Assembly: GCF_965247905.1 (NCBI RefSeq)
Contig: NZ_OZ252047.1
Span: 724,414 to 788,413, forward strand
Source of the DNA: Candidatus Spongiihabitans sp.
GTDB taxonomy: Bacteria > Pseudomonadota > Gammaproteobacteria > Arenicellales > Poriferihabitantaceae
DNA length: 64,000 nt
Direction: 5' to 3'
The first letter of the stretch is position 1. Every line of letters begins with the position of its first letter. Shown one piece after another: positions 62,742 to 64,000 of the stretch. Under the pieces are notes generated by a model, which was not told the origin of the DNA, did not search any database, and saw only the letters and a list, made by a program, of their open reading frames with translations. The position numbers and the translations under genes were made by a program.

Positions 62742-62856
62742 GGAAGTTTTGTTTTTCGTCATTACGAAACACAAGTAAGCGCAGGATATTTTTCGTTAGG
62801 CAAGGCGCGCAACACGGCATAACGGAAAATAGGCAAGCGTGAACGACAAGACATCA

Positions 62857-63492
62857 TCATCGGATGATGCGCGGCACCAGGACCCGCTCTTCAATGGTCA
62901 CCGGTTGATAAATCACGCGTCCTTGCTGTTCGTCGTAGCGCACCTCAACGTGCCCGGACAACGGAAAATCCTTGCGGAACGGATGGCCGATGAAGCCGTA
63001 ATCGGTCAGCAAACGCCGCAGGTCCGGGTGGCCGGTAAATATAATGCCGAGCAAATCGAAGGCTTCCCGTTCAAACCAATTGGCCGCGGGCCAAACATCA
63101 ATCACCGATTCAATGGTCGGTGGCTCGTTGTCCAGTTCGGCGCGCAACCGCAAGCGGAAGTTGTGATTCAAGGACAGCAGGTGATACACCACCGCATAGC
63201 GACTGCCGGGCCATGAGGTTCTATTTTGTGACGTTGCATTTTGTGTCCCGTTTCCCGGGGGAGCGTCCTCTGCCTCACCGTAACTCGAATAATCCACGCC
63301 GCATAAATCAATCAGTTGATCGAACTGGGCGGTTTTATCATCCCGAAGTTTTTGACAAACTGTTTTGATGTCCTGGCCGGCTATTTCGCAGGTCAGTTCG
63401 CCAAATTCCACGCGCTCGGACAACAGCGCATCGCCGAGCAGGGTTGGCAGGTATTCTCTTAATTGCGACAAACTCATCAGCGCCGTTGCCAT
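62857..63492 (-). CDS. nuoC: NADH-quinone oxidoreductase subunit C
   Basis: [15 protein letters not shown]...[10 protein letters not shown]...[32 protein letters not shown] 63492; the track's extension overlaps nuoB. Confidence 0.9.
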   Translation of the reverse strand: MATALMSLSQLREYLPTLLGDALLSERVEFGELTCEIAGQDIKTVCQKLRDDKTAQFDQLIDLCGVDYSSYGEAEDAPPGNGTQNATSQNRTSWPGSRYAVVYHLLSLNHNFRLRLRAELDNEPPTIESVIDVWPAANWFEREAFDLLGIIFTGHPDLRRLLTDYGFIGHPFRKDFPLSGHVEVRYDEQQGRVIYQPVTIEERVLVPRIIR

Positions 63493-63539
63493 GGTCACAA
63501 AGCAGTATGGATGGATTGGAAGCTCATTGCGCCCGTGGC

Positions 63540-64000
63540 TTACCTGAGCGGTTGTCGGTCGGGCATGCCGGGCGCCGGCCGCGCAATAGTATTGGTCTTT
63601 TTGATCTTCTTTTGCAGTTGCAGGATGCCGTAAATCAGCGCTTCGGCGGTGGGCGGGCAGCCCGGAACATACACATCCACCGGCACGATGCGATCGCAAC
63701 CGCGCACCACCGAGTAGGAATAGTGGTAGTAGCCGCCGCCGTTGGCGCATGAGCCCATGGAGATGACCCAGCGCGGTTCCGCCATTTGGTCGTACACCTT
63801 GCGCAAGGCCGGGGCCATTTTATTGGTCAGCGTGCCGGCCACGATCATGACATCGGATTGTCTGGGGCTGGGGCGAAATATAATGCCAAATCGATCGAGG
63901 TCATAACGCGCCGCGCCGGCTTGCATCATTTCCACCGCGCAACAGGCCAAACCAAAGGTCATCGGCCACATCGAACCGGTGCGCGCCCAGTTAATCAGAT
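63540..64000 (-). CDS. nuoB: NADH-quinone oxidoreductase subunit B (5' end outside window)
   Basis: [25 protein letters not shown]...[14 protein letters not shown]...VPGCPP. Confidence 0.93.
   Translation of the reverse strand, partial: LINWARTGSMWPMTFGLACCAVEMMQAGAARYDLDRFGIIFRPSPRQSDVMIVAGTLTNKMAPALRKVYDQMAEPRWVISMGSCANGGGYYHYSYSVVRGCDRIVPVDVYVPGCPPTAEALIYGILQLQKKIKKTNTIARPAPGMPDRQPLR

Overview
This is a 64-kb chromosomal window of about 50% GC with gene content typical of a free-living Gammaproteobacterium; no taxon can be assigned from sequence alone. All functional calls rest on motifs I recognised by eye in the supplied or my own translations. No database search, structure prediction or statistics were run.

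- **0-16 kb:** housekeeping genes, mostly on the minus strand (glyA, tgt, queA, tRNA-Leu(CAA), glmM, ftsH, rlmE). Also bactofilin, CBS, proline-racemase-family, PhyH-dioxygenase and SnoaL genes.
- **16.0-20.9 kb:** an SF2 helicase/PD-(D/E)xK nuclease (969 aa) plus a beta-class DNA methyltransferase (642 aa). This looks like a Type III R-M system but in res->mod order, with a sharply AT-rich block where the target-recognition region should sit.
- **20.9-29.9 kb:** histidine-utilisation genes (hutH, hutF / hutI, and a frameshifted hutU). They are bracketed by two inverted ~970-bp non-autonomous IS1595/IS1016-like elements whose transposase core is replaced by hairpin-repeat modules.
- **30-44 kb:** assorted genes (desaturase, GTP cyclohydrolase II, YcaQ-like, DapA-family, RbgA, NRDE, aldo-keto reductase, hydantoinase-family, trimethylamine-dehydrogenase-like, ddl).
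- **44.4-64 kb:** the NADH:quinone oxidoreductase operon nuoB..nuoN on the minus strand.

The nuo operon is interrupted three times by co-oriented foreign DNA:
1. A secreted 129-aa ORF plus a hairpin repeat lies between nuoC and nuoD.
2. A five-gene cassette lies between nuoI and nuoJ: an MTase-Mrr fusion, a truncated C5-MTase, a DUF3883 nuclease-like protein and two unknown small ORFs. The last ORF is ATGA-coupled to nuoJ.
3. A paralogous MTase-HNH fusion lies between nuoM and nuoN.

This nuo-embedded methyltransferase/nuclease set is my best candidate for an undescribed system.

Other notable signals:
- A ~1.6-kb segment of 70-80% GC inside nuoG.
- A dispersed hairpin-repeat family with compensatory stem variation.
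- Many short tandem duplications that include gene starts or stops.
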